A stretch of 64,000 bases of DNA, from positions 288,001 through 352,000 of the forward strand of contig CAVTNB010000001.1 of the NCBI GenBank assembly GCA_963736005.1, given 5' to 3'. This document shows, in pieces, positions 21,066 to 31,270 of the stretch. Below the pieces are notes generated by a model. The model did no database searches and was not told the origin of the DNA. It saw only the letters and a program-made list of their open reading frames with translations. This stretch comes from an uncultured Pseudomonadota bacterium (GTDB lineage Bacteria; Vulcanimicrobiota; Vulcanimicrobiia; Eremiobacterales; Eremiobacteraceae). Numbering within the stretch: the stretch's first letter is position 1; every line of letters starts with the position of its first letter. The position numbers and the translations under genes were made by a program.

Positions 21066-23757
21066 ATAGTGAGCCAAGGCGTTCGGAACTTTTCGCGAGG
21101 GTTGCCCGCAGTTCTTCGAGCCGGGCTTGTTCTTTCTCGACGACCGTTCGAGGTGCCTTCTCAAGGAAGCCCCGCGAGGACAGCTTGCTTTCCAATGCTT
21201 CGATTTCGACGCGACTTTTTTCGATTTCCTTTTGGAGCGCTGCCCGTTCCTTTTCGACGAACGAGGCATCGACAGGAAGCAGCACTTCGACCGCGCCCAT
21301 GCGGCGAGACAAGGCGTGCTTCGGACGCCCGTCGAGTGGCGCAATGGCATTCACAGCGCTCGCGCGGGCAAGCGTGCGGAGAATGGCTTCTTCCCTGCGA
21401 AAAAGCGAAAGCAGCTCGTCGTCTGCACCGACGACGACAACATCGCGCAGCTCGCGATAGGGCAGCTTGGGCACGGCTCGCAACGAAAGCACGGTCTCAA
21501 CGAACTCAAGCAGCGTGCGCATGTCTTCGCGCGCTTGCACATCGATGCGACCGGCCTCGGTCGGCCAAGGTGCCGCTTCGATGCGAGGAGCGTCGCGCGG
21601 CAGGCGCTGCCAGAGTTCTTCCGTGAGGAAGGGCATGATGGGATGGAGCAACTGCAGTGAGACCGAGAGCGTGCGCGCGAGGATCGGGGGGCGCGTTTTC
21701 ACGCGGTCCTTGGCAATCTCGATGTACACGTCGCAGAGCTGGTTCCAGAAAAACGTATAGATCGCTTGCGACCACTGGGAAAAATCATAGGCCTGCGCGG
21801 CTCGCTCGACCCGTTCCACGGTTTGTGCAAGCGCGTCAAGGATCCAGCGGTCCGCGAGAGTCAGCTCCCGCTCGATCTGAGCCATGTAGTCGCGCGAATT
21901 TATTCGCGCGTCAAACTCTGGAAAGGTATTCAGGGCAAACCGCGTGGCTTGCCAGATCTTGTTGCCAAACTTGCGGGCCTCGTCGCAGCGGTCCTCGGAG
22001 AAACGCACGTCTTGACCTTCGTGCATTTGACTGACGATGGCAAAGCGGGTTGCGTCCGCTCCGTATTCGGCGACCAACTCCATGGGGTCGAGTGAGTTGC
22101 CGAGGGATTTGCTCATCTTGCGTCCCAGCTCGTCCATGATGAGCGGCGTGATGAGCACGTCTGCGAACGGCTCCTTGCCCAAGAAATGAAGCCCCATCAT
22201 CACCATGCGGGCCACCCACAAAAAGATGATCTCGCGCGCGGTGACGAGCAGTTGCGTCGGATACCAAACTTGCAGCTCCCGTGTCTTATCCGGCCAGCCG
22301 AGAATTGAAAATGGCCATAAAGCGCTGGAAAACCAGGTGTCGAGCGTGTCGGGAGCTTGGGTAAGTTGGGTGTTACCGCACGTGCTGCATGTGGCGGGCG
22401 CCGTCGCGGCGACGTTGACATGGTCGTTAGCGCAGTACCAAACAGGCAGTCTGTGGCCGAGCCAGATTTGCCGTGAGATGCACCAATCGCGAATGTGTTC
22501 GAGCCAATTCTCATAGGTGCGGGCATAGCGCTCCGGCACAAAATGCAATCTGCCGGAGCGCGACGCCTGGAGGGCTGGCTCGGCCAACGTCTTCATCTTG
22601 ACAAACCACTGGAGGGACAGCAAGGGTTCCACGACCGTGTCGCAGCGGTAGCAGGTGCCCTGCGAAATGCCGTGCACTTCTTCCTTGACCAACAAACCTC
22701 GCTCTCGCAGCGTAGCAACCGCGAGCTCGCGCGCTTTGAAGCGGTCGAGGCCGACGAATGCGGGCTCGACGTCGCCTGTCATTTTTGCGTCGAAACCGAT
22801 AACGGATTTTGCTTCCAGGTGATGACGCTCGCCGATTTCGGCGTCAGTTTGATCGTGGCCCGGTGTAATCTTCAGTGCTCCCGTGCCGAAATCGCGCTCT
22901 ACTGCGCGGTCGGCGATGACCGGAATCGGAGAGGGCGAGAGCGGACGGGTAACGCTTTGACCGACGAGTGCGGCGTAGCGAGGGTCCTCGGGGTGCACGG
23001 CAACGGCCACGTCGGCGAAGATCGTCTCCGGCCGCGTGGTCGCGACGACGATACCCTCGCCTTTCTCCTGAGGGTAGCGGACGTAGTAGAGCGTACCCTC
23101 GACGTCCTCGCGTTCCACTTCGCTGTCGGATAACGTCGACTGGCAATGCGGGCACCAATTGACCAGGCGGAGGCCGCGGTAGATCAACCCTTCATTATAG
23201 AGATCGATGAAGACCTTGATGACCGCGCGGCTCAGGCCCTCATCCATGGTGTACCGATCGCGTTGCCAGTCAGGGCCGAAACCGAGGGCTCGAAATTGTT
23301 CGTAGATGATGTGCCCGTATTTTTCGCGCCACTTGGCGGCACGCTCGCGGAATTTGTCGGGTCCAAGATCATACCGAGTAAGGCCCTCCCGAGCAAGCTC
23401 CTTTTCGATAACGTTTTGCGTCGCAATGGCCGCGTGATCTTGGCCAGGCAGCCAAACCGCATTGTAGCCCCGCATGCGGTGGTATCGGGTAAGGACGTCC
23501 ATGGGGGTGTAGGTCGACCCGTGCCCCATATGAGCTCGGCCGGTAATATTTGGTGGTGGCATCGCAATGACGAAGGGGGGTTTTGAGGGATCGGGCTCCG
23601 CATGGAAGGCGCCCTCGGCTTCCCAGGTTCGGTACCAAGGCGTCTCGATCGCAGCGGGGTCGTACTTCTCGAGTAACGGCCCGGTTGGCTGTGCCATACT
23701 CGTTTTGTTCGGGCGAGGCTGGGATGACCCTGCGAGATGGGTCCCGGGCTGCTTCAT
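21064..23757 (-). CDS. valS: Valine--tRNA ligase (start uncertain, 23697-23772)
   Basis: PPPNITG with HIGH-like HMGH, DWCISRQ, KMSKS, C-terminal coiled coil. Confidence 0.96.
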   Translation of the reverse strand: MKQPGTHLAGSSQPRPNKTSMAQPTGPLLEKYDPAAIETPWYRTWEAEGAFHAEPDPSKPPFVIAMPPPNITGRAHMGHGSTYTPMDVLTRYHRMRGYNAVWLPGQDHAAIATQNVIEKELAREGLTRYDLGPDKFRERAAKWREKYGHIIYEQFRALGFGPDWQRDRYTMDEGLSRAVIKVFIDLYNEGLIYRGLRLVNWCPHCQSTLSDSEVEREDVEGTLYYVRYPQEKGEGIVVATTRPETIFADVAVAVHPEDPRYAALVGQSVTRPLSPSPIPVIADRAVERDFGTGALKITPGHDQTDAEIGERHHLEAKSVIGFDAKMTGDVEPAFVGLDRFKARELAVATLRERGLLVKEEVHGISQGTCYRCDTVVEPLLSLQWFVKMKTLAEPALQASRSGRLHFVPERYARTYENWLEHIRDWCISRQIWLGHRLPVWYCANDHVNVAATAPATCSTCGNTQLTQAPDTLDTWFSSALWPFSILGWPDKTRELQVWYPTQLLVTAREIIFLWVARMVMMGLHFLGKEPFADVLITPLIMDELGRKMSKSLGNSLDPMELVAEYGADATRFAIVSQMHEGQDVRFSEDRCDEARKFGNKIWQATRFALNTFPEFDARINSRDYMAQIERELTLADRWILDALAQTVERVERAAQAYDFSQWSQAIYTFFWNQLCDVYIEIAKDRVKTRPPILARTLSVSLQLLHPIMPFLTEELWQRLPRDAPRIEAAPWPTEAGRIDVQAREDMRTLLEFVETVLSLRAVPKLPYRELRDVVVVGADDELLSLFRREEAILRTLARASAVNAIAPLDGRPKHALSRRMGAVEVLLPVDASFVEKERAALQKEIEKSRVEIEALESKLSSRGFLEKAPRTVVEKEQARLEELRATLAKSSERLGSL

Positions 23758-23836
23758 GGACTTCTCACCCACGTCTCACGGCTTTCCAACAACAAAAGAG
23801 CCCCATGTTCGGTTTTATAACAAAGGGAGTACACAC

Positions 23837-24184
23837 ATGATTGCGATGCGTAAGTCAACCTCAACCCAAGGGATCGAGAAATGTCACGCGGCGGAATTGC
23901 CGCCTGAGTTTTACATCCTCACCAACCGTTGGAGCGGCAGCGTGAACGGCCACCTCACGACCATTTACGCCGGCGCGCTGCGCCACAATCCTTCAAAGGG
24001 CGTGCTCATCGTGCGGACGCTCCCATCGGACTCTCGCCGCATTGCTGGTAAGCACTGCACGGTGCCAACCAATAGGGGCGCGCTCACGATCGTAGAGAGC
24101 CGGGGCAGCCGCTTGCGCATTGGGATGGCCGATGGAGGCCATTTCTGGTTCGAGGTTCCAGGCGCACTTCGCCACGCGGCCTAG
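23837..24184 (+). CDS. Hypothetical protein
   Basis: ATG 23837 after GGGAG; fills the gap between valS and a terminator-like hairpin. Confidence 0.5.
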   Translation: MIAMRKSTSTQGIEKCHAAELPPEFYILTNRWSGSVNGHLTTIYAGALRHNPSKGVLIVRTLPSDSRRIAGKHCTVPTNRGALTIVESRGSRLRIGMADGGHFWFEVPGALRHAA

Positions 24185-24192
24185 GTGTAGAC

Positions 24193-24220
24193 GGCGCCAA
24201 TTTATTGGCGCCGCTTTTTA
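24193..24220 (+). terminator. Rho-independent terminator between convergent genes
   Basis: Hairpin GGCGCCAAT-TT-ATTGGCGCC followed by GCTTTTTA. Confidence 0.7.
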
Positions 24221-24589
24221 TTAGCGCCACTCACTTTGTTCGAGCAAATACAATTTTATTCCATATGGATCGCGGAAGTTTGCAATGCGAACAGGGGGAT
24301 CCTCAATAACCTCCCCATCGAAGGCCACACCTCGTTTCTTAAGAAGCTGCATGGCTTTGTCGAGGGAATCGACCCCAAAGCCGATCGAGAATTCACCAGC
24401 GCGCTCTTTCGCCGCCGGGTGGGGCCCGATGCTGATGCCTGGGCCCTGCACGATTGCGAATTCTCCCCCATAGCGGCTCTTAAGTGTCAGGCCCAAAACG
24501 CCGGTATAAAAACTAAGAGCGGCATCGAGGTCGGCCACGAAGATGGTCACGTTGCTTTCGTTGAATAACTGCGGCGAAGTGTCTGTCAT
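24221..24589 (-). CDS. VOC/glyoxalase family protein
   Basis: Motifs VADLDAALSFYTGVLG and FRDPYG. Confidence 0.85.
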   Translation of the reverse strand: MTDTSPQLFNESNVTIFVADLDAALSFYTGVLGLTLKSRYGGEFAIVQGPGISIGPHPAAKERAGEFSIGFGVDSLDKAMQLLKKRGVAFDGEVIEDPPVRIANFRDPYGIKLYLLEQSEWR

Positions 24590-24593
24590 TGGC

Positions 24594-24953
24594 TCAAGCC
24601 CCCTTTTTGAGCGTCGGAGACCCTAGTCGGCGCAGTCCCGCCCCTGCGAGACGCTCCACCAATCGCAAATGTTCGAGCAATGCGCTGGTGCCGGCATCGG
24701 TTAGGCGGAATGGTCGGCGCCGGTAATTGTTGGTTGCAACTTCTTTGATCCAACCCCGTTGGTCGAGCCTTGCGAGCGCGCCATAAAGGGTCCCAGGACC
24801 AATACGCAACTCACACAGGTTCTCGATATCTTGCATGATGGCATATCCATGCTTCGCCTCTCCAGCGATACTGACCATGATCAGCAACGCGGGGTCGGCC
24901 AGTAGCCGAAGATCGCCAACCACCGGTTTGAGACTGCGGCTTTTTTTCGTCAA
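24594..24953 (-). CDS. PadR-family transcriptional regulator
   Basis: KHGYAIM, GPGTLYGALARL, RRPFRLT winged helix. Confidence 0.88.
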   Translation of the reverse strand: MTKKSRSLKPVVGDLRLLADPALLIMVSIAGEAKHGYAIMQDIENLCELRIGPGTLYGALARLDQRGWIKEVATNNYRRRPFRLTDAGTSALLEHLRLVERLAGAGLRRLGSPTLKKGA

Positions 24954-24955
24954 TC

Positions 24956-25016
24956 TATCGTTGCACGATATATCATTAAGCGATATACTATCACACCATC
25001 TTGACTCTAGTCAAGA
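24956..25016 (-). promoter_or_regulatory. Putative sigma70 promoter and tandem palindromic operators for the PadR-VOC operon
   Basis: Minus strand TTGACT-N18-TAGTAT; two abutting TATC-N7-GATA palindromes at 24956-24970 and 24971-24985. Confidence 0.6.
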
Positions 25017-25044
25017 AAGCGGGTGGCCACTAGTCGAGATAGAT

Positions 25045-26310
25045 TTAGGCGGAGACGTCCTTGGTTTGACCGGTGGGTATGAGCACCGGCGTTTGCGCCA
25101 AGTCGATGACTTCCTTATTGATGATGCACTTTTTGATATTGGTCAGCGACGGCAAATCGTACATGACGTCGAGCATGACCTCTTCTAAGATGGAGCGCAA
25201 ACCGCGAGCGCCCGTCTTGCGGGCCTGCGCGCGATGCGCAATGGCGACGAGGGCTTCCTTCGTAAAGGACAGCTCGACACCGTCCATGGCAAAAATCTTC
25301 TGATACTGGCGTACGAGCGCGTTGCGCGGCTCGGTGAGAATGCGACGCAGGGCAAGCTCGTCGAGAGAATCCAGCGTGACGACAATCGGGAGACGCCCGA
25401 TAAACTCGGGGATAAGGCCGAAGCGCAGGAGATCTTCGGGCAAGAGCGCTTGGAGCAGACGGCTTGTCTTCTTCTCACCCTTGGCTTCCGGCATAGCCCG
25501 GAACCCTAGGCTCTGGCTGGAAACCCGGTTTTCGATGAAGCGCTCGAGTCCGTCAAAGGCACCGCCGCAGACGAAGAGCACGTTGGTCGTGTCAATTTGA
25601 ATGAACTCTTGGTGTGGATGCTTGCGTCCGCCTTGAGGTGGAACGTTGGCGGTCGTGCCTTCGAGAATCTTGAGCAGTGCTTGCTGAACGCCTTCACCGG
25701 AAACGTCGCGCGTGATCGAGGGGTTTTCGCTCTTGCGAGCGATTTTGTCGATCTCGTCAATGTAGACAATGCCCTTTTCAGCGCGTTTGACATCGTAGTC
25801 TGCTGCCTGAATGAGCTTGAGTAAAATGTTCTCGACGTCTTCGCCGACGTATCCCGCTTCGGTGAGCGAGGTGGCATCGGCCATGGCGAGCGGCACATCG
25901 AGAATTTTCGCCAGCGTTTGCGCGAGGTACGTCTTGCCCGAGCCGGTTGGACCGATGAGCAGAATATTGCTCTTGTGAAGCTCGACTTCGTCGTTGCCCC
26001 CACTCTGAATCGAGTTGATCCGTTTATAGTGGTTGTAGACGGCGACCGCCAAGCTCTTCTTCGCCCGATCCTGCCCAATAACGTACTGATTGAGGATGTG
26101 GTTGATTTCTTTCGGCTTGGGAATATTGCGCAGTCGGAGATTCTCATCGACGTTCTTGTACAGCTCTTCTTCGATGATTTCGTTGCACAGCTCGATGCAT
26201 TCGTCGCAAATGTAGACGCCGGGGCCAGCGATCAACTTGCGCACCTGCTCCTGCGACTTGCCGCAGAAGCTGCACTTGAGTTGACCCTTTTCATCCCCGA
26301 ATCTAAACAC
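25045..26310 (-). CDS. clpX: ATP-dependent Clp protease ATP-binding subunit
   Basis: CSFCGK zinc finger, [20 protein letters not shown]. Confidence 0.98.
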   Translation of the reverse strand: MFRFGDEKGQLKCSFCGKSQEQVRKLIAGPGVYICDECIELCNEIIEEELYKNVDENLRLRNIPKPKEINHILNQYVIGQDRAKKSLAVAVYNHYKRINSIQSGGNDEVELHKSNILLIGPTGSGKTYLAQTLAKILDVPLAMADATSLTEAGYVGEDVENILLKLIQAADYDVKRAEKGIVYIDEIDKIARKSENPSITRDVSGEGVQQALLKILEGTTANVPPQGGRKHPHQEFIQIDTTNVLFVCGGAFDGLERFIENRVSSQSLGFRAMPEAKGEKKTSRLLQALLPEDLLRFGLIPEFIGRLPIVVTLDSLDELALRRILTEPRNALVRQYQKIFAMDGVELSFTKEALVAIAHRAQARKTGARGLRSILEEVMLDVMYDLPSLTNIKKCIINKEVIDLAQTPVLIPTGQTKDVSA

Positions 26311-26316
26311 GCCGTT

Positions 26317-26940
26317 TTATCCGCCTGAGGGTTTCGGTGCGCTTGCTTCGCGCGACTGACGGTTGATCACTGAATCAACCAGTCCGTATTCGACAGCTTC
26401 CTCCGCTGACAGGTGATAGTCTCTATCGATATCCCGTTCGATTCGTTCGATCGCCTGACCCGTGCATTGGACGTAGATGCTTGCCAAAATCTTGCGAGTA
26501 TTAAGAAGATCCTTCGCGTAGATTTCAAGATCTGTTGCTTGCCCGCCAACCTGCGATACCCAGGGTTGGTGAATGAGTATCTTCGAGTACGGGAGGGCAA
26601 AACGCTTCCCCTTTGCACCGCCCGTGAGCAAAATTGAAGCCGCGCTCGCGGCGAGTCCCGCGCAGAACGTCGCGACATCGGGTTTCACCAGCTGCATCGT
26701 ATCGTATATGGCTAGGCCCGCCGTCACGCTGCCGCCGGGACTATTGATATACATCTCTATGTCTTTATCGGCATCTTCCTTTTCTAGGAATAGAAGCTGC
26801 GCGATGACGAGATTCGCGAGATTGTCGTCAATTGCGCCCCCCACAAAGATTATCCGCTCCTTGAGAAGGCGGGAAAAGATGTCGAACGCGCGCTCCCCGC
26901 GGGCGGTTTGCTCGACGACCATTGGTACCAAATGTCCCAT
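26317..26940 (-). CDS. clpP: ATP-dependent Clp protease proteolytic subunit
   Basis: Motifs [22 protein letters not shown]. Confidence 0.97.
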   Translation of the reverse strand: MGHLVPMVVEQTARGERAFDIFSRLLKERIIFVGGAIDDNLANLVIAQLLFLEKEDADKDIEMYINSPGGSVTAGLAIYDTMQLVKPDVATFCAGLAASAASILLTGGAKGKRFALPYSKILIHQPWVSQVGGQATDLEIYAKDLLNTRKILASIYVQCTGQAIERIERDIDRDYHLSAEEAVEYGLVDSVINRQSREASAPKPSGG

Positions 26941-26953
26941 TGTGATCCTCTAC

Positions 26954-28273
26954 TTACGTGGTTGCTTGGACTGCAACCGGCGCATCAGTGATGCTCGCGT
27001 GCTCGACGAGAAAGTCCAAGGCCTTGCCGCGCCGCACCGTGTCAATAATCATGCCGAATCCCGTGCTCCGGCGCAGAGCTTCTATAACCGCTTCTCTGCT
27101 TTGGCCATAGGAACGCGCCATCGCGTCCAACTCTTTTTCAATATCGGCTGTCGTGACCTCAAGTTTTTCTTGTTTGGCAACTTCTTCGAGCAGCAACGAA
27201 CTCTTGACGCGCCGCTCTGCTTCTGGGCGGTACTCGGCGCGCAGGCCTGCATCGTCCGTATTTTTGGCCGCTAAATACTCTTCCCACGAACGCTCGATGC
27301 GTTGCATGTAGGACTTGGCGTCTGCCACAAGGTTATCGATCTCGCGCTCGACGAGCACCTCGGGCAGCGGTACCTCATTGGCTGCAAGCATCGCGTCGAG
27401 TACTTGGCGCTGCATGTCTTCCCGTGCTCGGGCAAGGCTCACGGCTTCGAGTCTTTGGCGCACGTCCACCCGTAACGCGTCGAGGGTTGTATGATCGGAC
27501 ACTTGGCGCACGAAATCGTCGTCCAGTTCGGGAAGTTTTGCTCGCTTGATCTCGTGAACCGTCACCTCGAAGTGCGCCTCTTTGCCGGCCAGCTCGGCAA
27601 CCCGATAGTTTGAAGGGAAGGTGACGCGAAGCTGTCTTTGTTCTCCAGCTTTTTGTCCGTGCAACTGCTCGGCGAAGCCCGGGACGAAACGCTCGGCGCT
27701 CACCTCGGTCGTGTGATTTGTTGCCGTGCCGCCTTCGAATGGTTGGCCCTCAATGAGCCCATGGTAGTCGAGAGTGACGACGTCGCCATCTTCGATACCG
27801 CGGTCCTCGACCGGCTCGAGCGATGCGGCGCGCTTGCGTAGCGCTTCGATGCTGTGCTCGACGTCCGCATCGGTCACGGTGGCTGGATTGCGCGTCACGG
27901 GGATGCCTCGATAGTCTGCGAGCGTAATCTCGGGCCGAACCGATACCTTCGCTTTGATGTGCACGCCCTGTTCTTCGCCCGAGCGATCGAGGTCGATGTG
28001 CGGGCGGTCGACGGGCTCGAGTTGATGCTCGCGCAGCGCGCTTGCATACACTTCGGGCACGAGATCTTCGAGCGCCTGACTTTCTATGCTGGATTTGCCG
28101 ACATGCTGTTCAAAAATCTTTCGCGGCACGCGACCTGCGCGAAATCCTGGCATCTTATAACGGTTCACGAGCTTTCGAAACGCGCGATCTTGCGCTTGTG
28201 CAAACTCTTCGGGGGAAACTTGTATTTCGAGCTCGACTTCGGTGGGGGCGAGCTTGCGGAGGGAGGTACTCAA
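26954..28273 (-). CDS. tig: Trigger factor
   Basis: PGFRAGRVP ribosome-binding motif, FKBP domain, tig-clpP-clpX order. Confidence 0.95.
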   Translation of the reverse strand: MSTSLRKLAPTEVELEIQVSPEEFAQAQDRAFRKLVNRYKMPGFRAGRVPRKIFEQHVGKSSIESQALEDLVPEVYASALREHQLEPVDRPHIDLDRSGEEQGVHIKAKVSVRPEITLADYRGIPVTRNPATVTDADVEHSIEALRKRAASLEPVEDRGIEDGDVVTLDYHGLIEGQPFEGGTATNHTTEVSAERFVPGFAEQLHGQKAGEQRQLRVTFPSNYRVAELAGKEAHFEVTVHEIKRAKLPELDDDFVRQVSDHTTLDALRVDVRQRLEAVSLARAREDMQRQVLDAMLAANEVPLPEVLVEREIDNLVADAKSYMQRIERSWEEYLAAKNTDDAGLRAEYRPEAERRVKSSLLLEEVAKQEKLEVTTADIEKELDAMARSYGQSREAVIEALRRSTGFGMIIDTVRRGKALDFLVEHASITDAPVAVQATT

Positions 28274-28401
28274 CGTGCGTGATTGCGGGCGCAGTGCATA
28301 GGGCTTCTCCGCTTTCGCCCGACCGTGTGCCTCTCCTTTGGTAGAGGAGTCTCCTCTTAGGAGTTGTCGCAGTGGACGTTGAGGTGCGCTCGAAAGTGTG
28401 A

Positions 28402-28476
28402 TGGAGCGGAAGACGAGATTCGAACTCGCGACCCTCGCCTTGGCAAGGCGATGCTCTACCGCTGAGCTACTTCCGC
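28402..28476 (-). tRNA. tRNA-Gly(GCC)
   Basis: Cloverleaf GCGGAAG...; loop TT-GCC-AA; GTTCGA; encoded CCA. Confidence 0.95.
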
Positions 28477-28565
28477 AGTTACGCGCCCGCGGCGGACCGT
28501 TCTTACGCGCGTCGCGAGATTCTCCCTTGCGGGGAAATGATGTTGCGCGAGACGAAATTCACGGT

Positions 28566-28697
28566 ATGAGTGATGGCTCGCTGATCCTTGTGATCCTCTT
28601 GCTTGGCGGCGCTTTTTACGTGGTGCTCATGCTGTGGACGACCGTCGCAAGCGTCCGCGAATCAGACGCGAATAAACCACCTCCCAAAACCCACTAG
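28566..28697 (+). CDS. Small single-TM membrane protein (43 aa)
   Basis: MSDGSLILVILLLGGAFYVVLMLWTTV..., one hydrophobic helix. Confidence 0.45.
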   Translation: MSDGSLILVILLLGGAFYVVLMLWTTVASVRESDANKPPPKTH

Positions 28698-28711
28698 GAG
28701 GTCGATCATCA

Positions 28712-28801
28712 ATGATTCTCGCCGACGATCTGTGGGCAGCCCTTATTATCGTGCTGCTTGTCTTGATTCTCCTCGCGGTCACCGGGCACTTGAAACTCTA
28801 G
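28712..28801 (+). CDS. Small hydrophobic peptide (29 aa)
   Basis: AGGAGG at 28696-28701, then MILADDLWAALIIVLLVLILLAVTGHLKL*; below the ORF-track size cutoff. Confidence 0.55.
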   Translation: MILADDLWAALIIVLLVLILLAVTGHLKL

Positions 28802-28872
28802 CGCGTTCGAATCCAAAGAGTTGATTCGTTGCATCGCGTATCGTCTGTAACGAGCCGTTTTTCGCCTGACCT

Positions 28873-28954
28873 TGGGCAAGAGAGGACTCGAACCTCCACG
28901 GGTTTCCCCACCGGATTCTAAGTCCGGCGCGTCTGCCAATTCCGCCACATGCCC
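28873..28954 (-). tRNA. tRNA-Leu(TAG), intact copy; integration target
   Basis: GGGCATGTGGCGGAATTGGCAGACGCG, loop CT-TAG-AA, long variable arm, GTTCGA. Confidence 0.93.
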
Positions 28955-28957
28955 ATG
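28920..28957. repeat. att core, left copy (38-bp direct repeat)
   Basis: AAGTCCGGCGCGTCTGCCAATTCCGCCACATGCCCATG, identical to 36554-36591. Confidence 0.92.
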
Positions 28958-29082
28958 CTTCTGCTGTAAGGTTTCTCTGCTTAGTCGGCATCGCTCATGG
29001 CAGTTCTCGCCGCCACTTTTGCCGCCGCCGAACGGTTATGATGTCGCCGTTTCTTGGTGCCGGAACCTATGGCGCGGGCGAT

Positions 29083-29755
29083 TCAGGCAATTTTAGATTC
29101 GGTGGGAGGCTCGAGGCGGTACGTGCCAGCCGTCCAGTCGTCGTAAATTGTCCTGTATCCGTTACCAAACATATCTTTGTATGAAATTTCCGCCAACGTG
29201 ACCGTGAGGGAACTAGGATCAACTTCGGCGCGGACCACATTTGCTAGAGCGGGATCGTGATAAACTAATTGGTCGTAATTTTCCTTAAAACGCTCTTCCG
29301 TTGCCATTGATCCCGTGAATTTACATTTATCGAATTTATACGTGAATCTCTTGCTGGTAAGGTTGGGATTGCTCGCTGGAGCGCTTAGGGTCGTCATTTG
29401 GATTGATCCTGATATCGTTGCCTCGATATCAAACGCTGGACCTTTGCCAACGTTATGTGCGAACAGATAAAGGTTACCGCCGTTAGAGCTCTTCTGCTCT
29501 TATCCAGCGAAGGATGACTATCGGGACGAATGTCTGCTGATGTCTTCTGTCCTCACCCAATATGACCGCGTTAGTCTGGTAAATGTTCCACCAAGTGACC
29601 ATCGCCAAAAGCAAAGTGCCTATGGCCACCCACGTGCTCGCCACGGTCGATACATTCCAGTACAAAAAATACCTCATTATCGGCGTAAGGACGGCGCACA
29701 GAACTAAGACTACAATGATCGGGGCAAGCGCGCCAGAGCGCGGGCGAGAGGTCAA
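29083..29755 (-). pseudogene. Membrane-anchored hypothetical protein split by a frameshift near 29485
   Basis: ORF 29483-29755 has 2 TM helices; another frame continues NLYLFAHNVGKGPAFDIEATISGSIQ into ORF 29083-29397. Confidence 0.55.
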
Positions 29756-29881
29756 GACGTATGTGCCTCACGGCTCATTGGTACTCTTTCTGAAAGCGAA
29801 GGTCAACCCCAGGACCTTAATCAATGGCTCATGCGCGAATGGTTAAACGCCCTTCTTCTATCAGACGAACAATCTCCGTCG

Positions 29882-30539
29882 CTATGTAATCAAGCGAAGA
29901 GGCGCGGGCTCGACCTCATCACCCCATTGATGCCAGCCGTGGCGATAATGCCGAGCGAAAAGTTCAAGGCGTGGCGCGGGGCTGCATCGCTCGATTAAAT
30001 CCCACATTTCGTCGGGCTTTTGGGAATGTCGGCGCTTGCGGGTGCCGACGAGATTAACTTGAGTGCGACCGGGCTTAGAGAGTGCGGAAATTCTTTCCTC
30101 GGATGCCGAAGAGCACCAACTCGGTGACGTTTCGAAAATAGAAGCCGACCCCTCGACCATCCGGCCCCGCGTCTTTACGGATTTTGTACCAGACGATATT
30201 GGTCTTGTATGTGAAGCCCCAACGTTTCATAACTTCCAGGCCATCGGCAAGAAGGGCGTTCGGCACCCACAGGTAGAGGTGTGCGTTGGGAGCGATGATC
30301 TGAGAGACTGGAAGTTCCATGATGTCTGTGAGCGTCATGGTGCTGTAGCGCGAGAGGCGACGATGTTCTGGTGCCATCTTGCCAGTACGATTGGAGAAGC
30401 GCCAAGGCGGATCAGCATATACGGTGCTGAATCGTTCATGACCCGCGAATTTCAAAAGGGACTCGCCGACCGAATCTTTGTTGGTTAGTGGCTTGGGTCG
30501 TATAACTTTCGCGTTATGCCGAATACGAGAATTGGACAC
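29882..30539 (-). pseudogene. MT-A70-family methyltransferase, frameshifted near 30075
   Basis: YADPPW, LYLWVPN, WGFTYKTNIVW, YFRNVTELVLFG in one frame; HSQKPDE, LELFAR, WGDE in the other. Confidence 0.88.
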
Positions 30540-31121
30540 CCTGCTGCACCGCCTCCCTCGAGCCTTGGTAGTAACTTTCCCGTATGCGTTGTTGACGCGC
30601 CGTATTTATGGCCAATTCCAAGCCCGTCGAATAATTCTTGTAGATGATCTGAAACGCGTAATGATCACGCCGACATCAAGGACCCGTAAATCAAAAAGGA
30701 CACGAAAATTGTTTAGGTACCTAACGTATGCTCTGATCCTGTACTATTCCACTCGATCTCAAGTCCAACGCCGTTTTTGGCGCAGTCTATCAAATGAGTT
30801 CTGTCGTCTCGCTCGATGTCATCAACGCTAAACTTCGTTTTGTACTCTCGCTCAGCCCACCCACGTTTATAAAATGCCTTGTCGATCTTACCAGAGATTT
30901 CCGATTTACCACCACCAGGTGCCATGATCTCACTCTTAAAAAAGCGAAATTCTGTAAGCACGCTCGAGAATGTCATTCCACTCTTCAGGGTGGGCGTTGA
31001 CAAGTATGGGGACTGCGTGGCGCCATTCCCAAATCTCATACATGTCCCTGATAGAAGGTGGTATGAGCTTGGATTGCCGGGTGCTTGCACCCCGCACTAT
31101 TTGCGTGATTGCAGTACTCAC
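30485..31121 (-). pseudogene. BglII/BstYI-family type II restriction endonuclease, at least 3 frameshifts
   Basis: Joined frames read YEIWEWRHA, PGGGKSEI, THLIDCAKNGVGLEIEWN, LNNFRVLFDLRVLDVGVIITR, YGASTTHTGKLLPRLEGGGAAGCPILVFGI. Confidence 0.75.
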
Positions 31122-31270
31122 AGCCTGCTCGAAACTAAGTCTAGGCAGGCTTAGGCAATTTTGGGGTAAAGGGCATCAGCCAGCGGCATCGATGTCGTCA
31201 AGGCAAGAAAGAAGCCCGCTCCAACGGAGGTATCGTCGGATGCAGGGCTGTAGACCACTAGTCTTCTGTC

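Noticed and set aside
23760..23836. T-box leader for valS
   Set aside because: The region is too short and has no T-box consensus.
28709..28948. ORF-track ORFs overlapping tRNAs (also 36290-36703, 37191-37394, 41132-41377, 41343-41789, 47862-48509, 49168-49407)
   Set aside because: These are translations of tRNA or att sequence, not genes.
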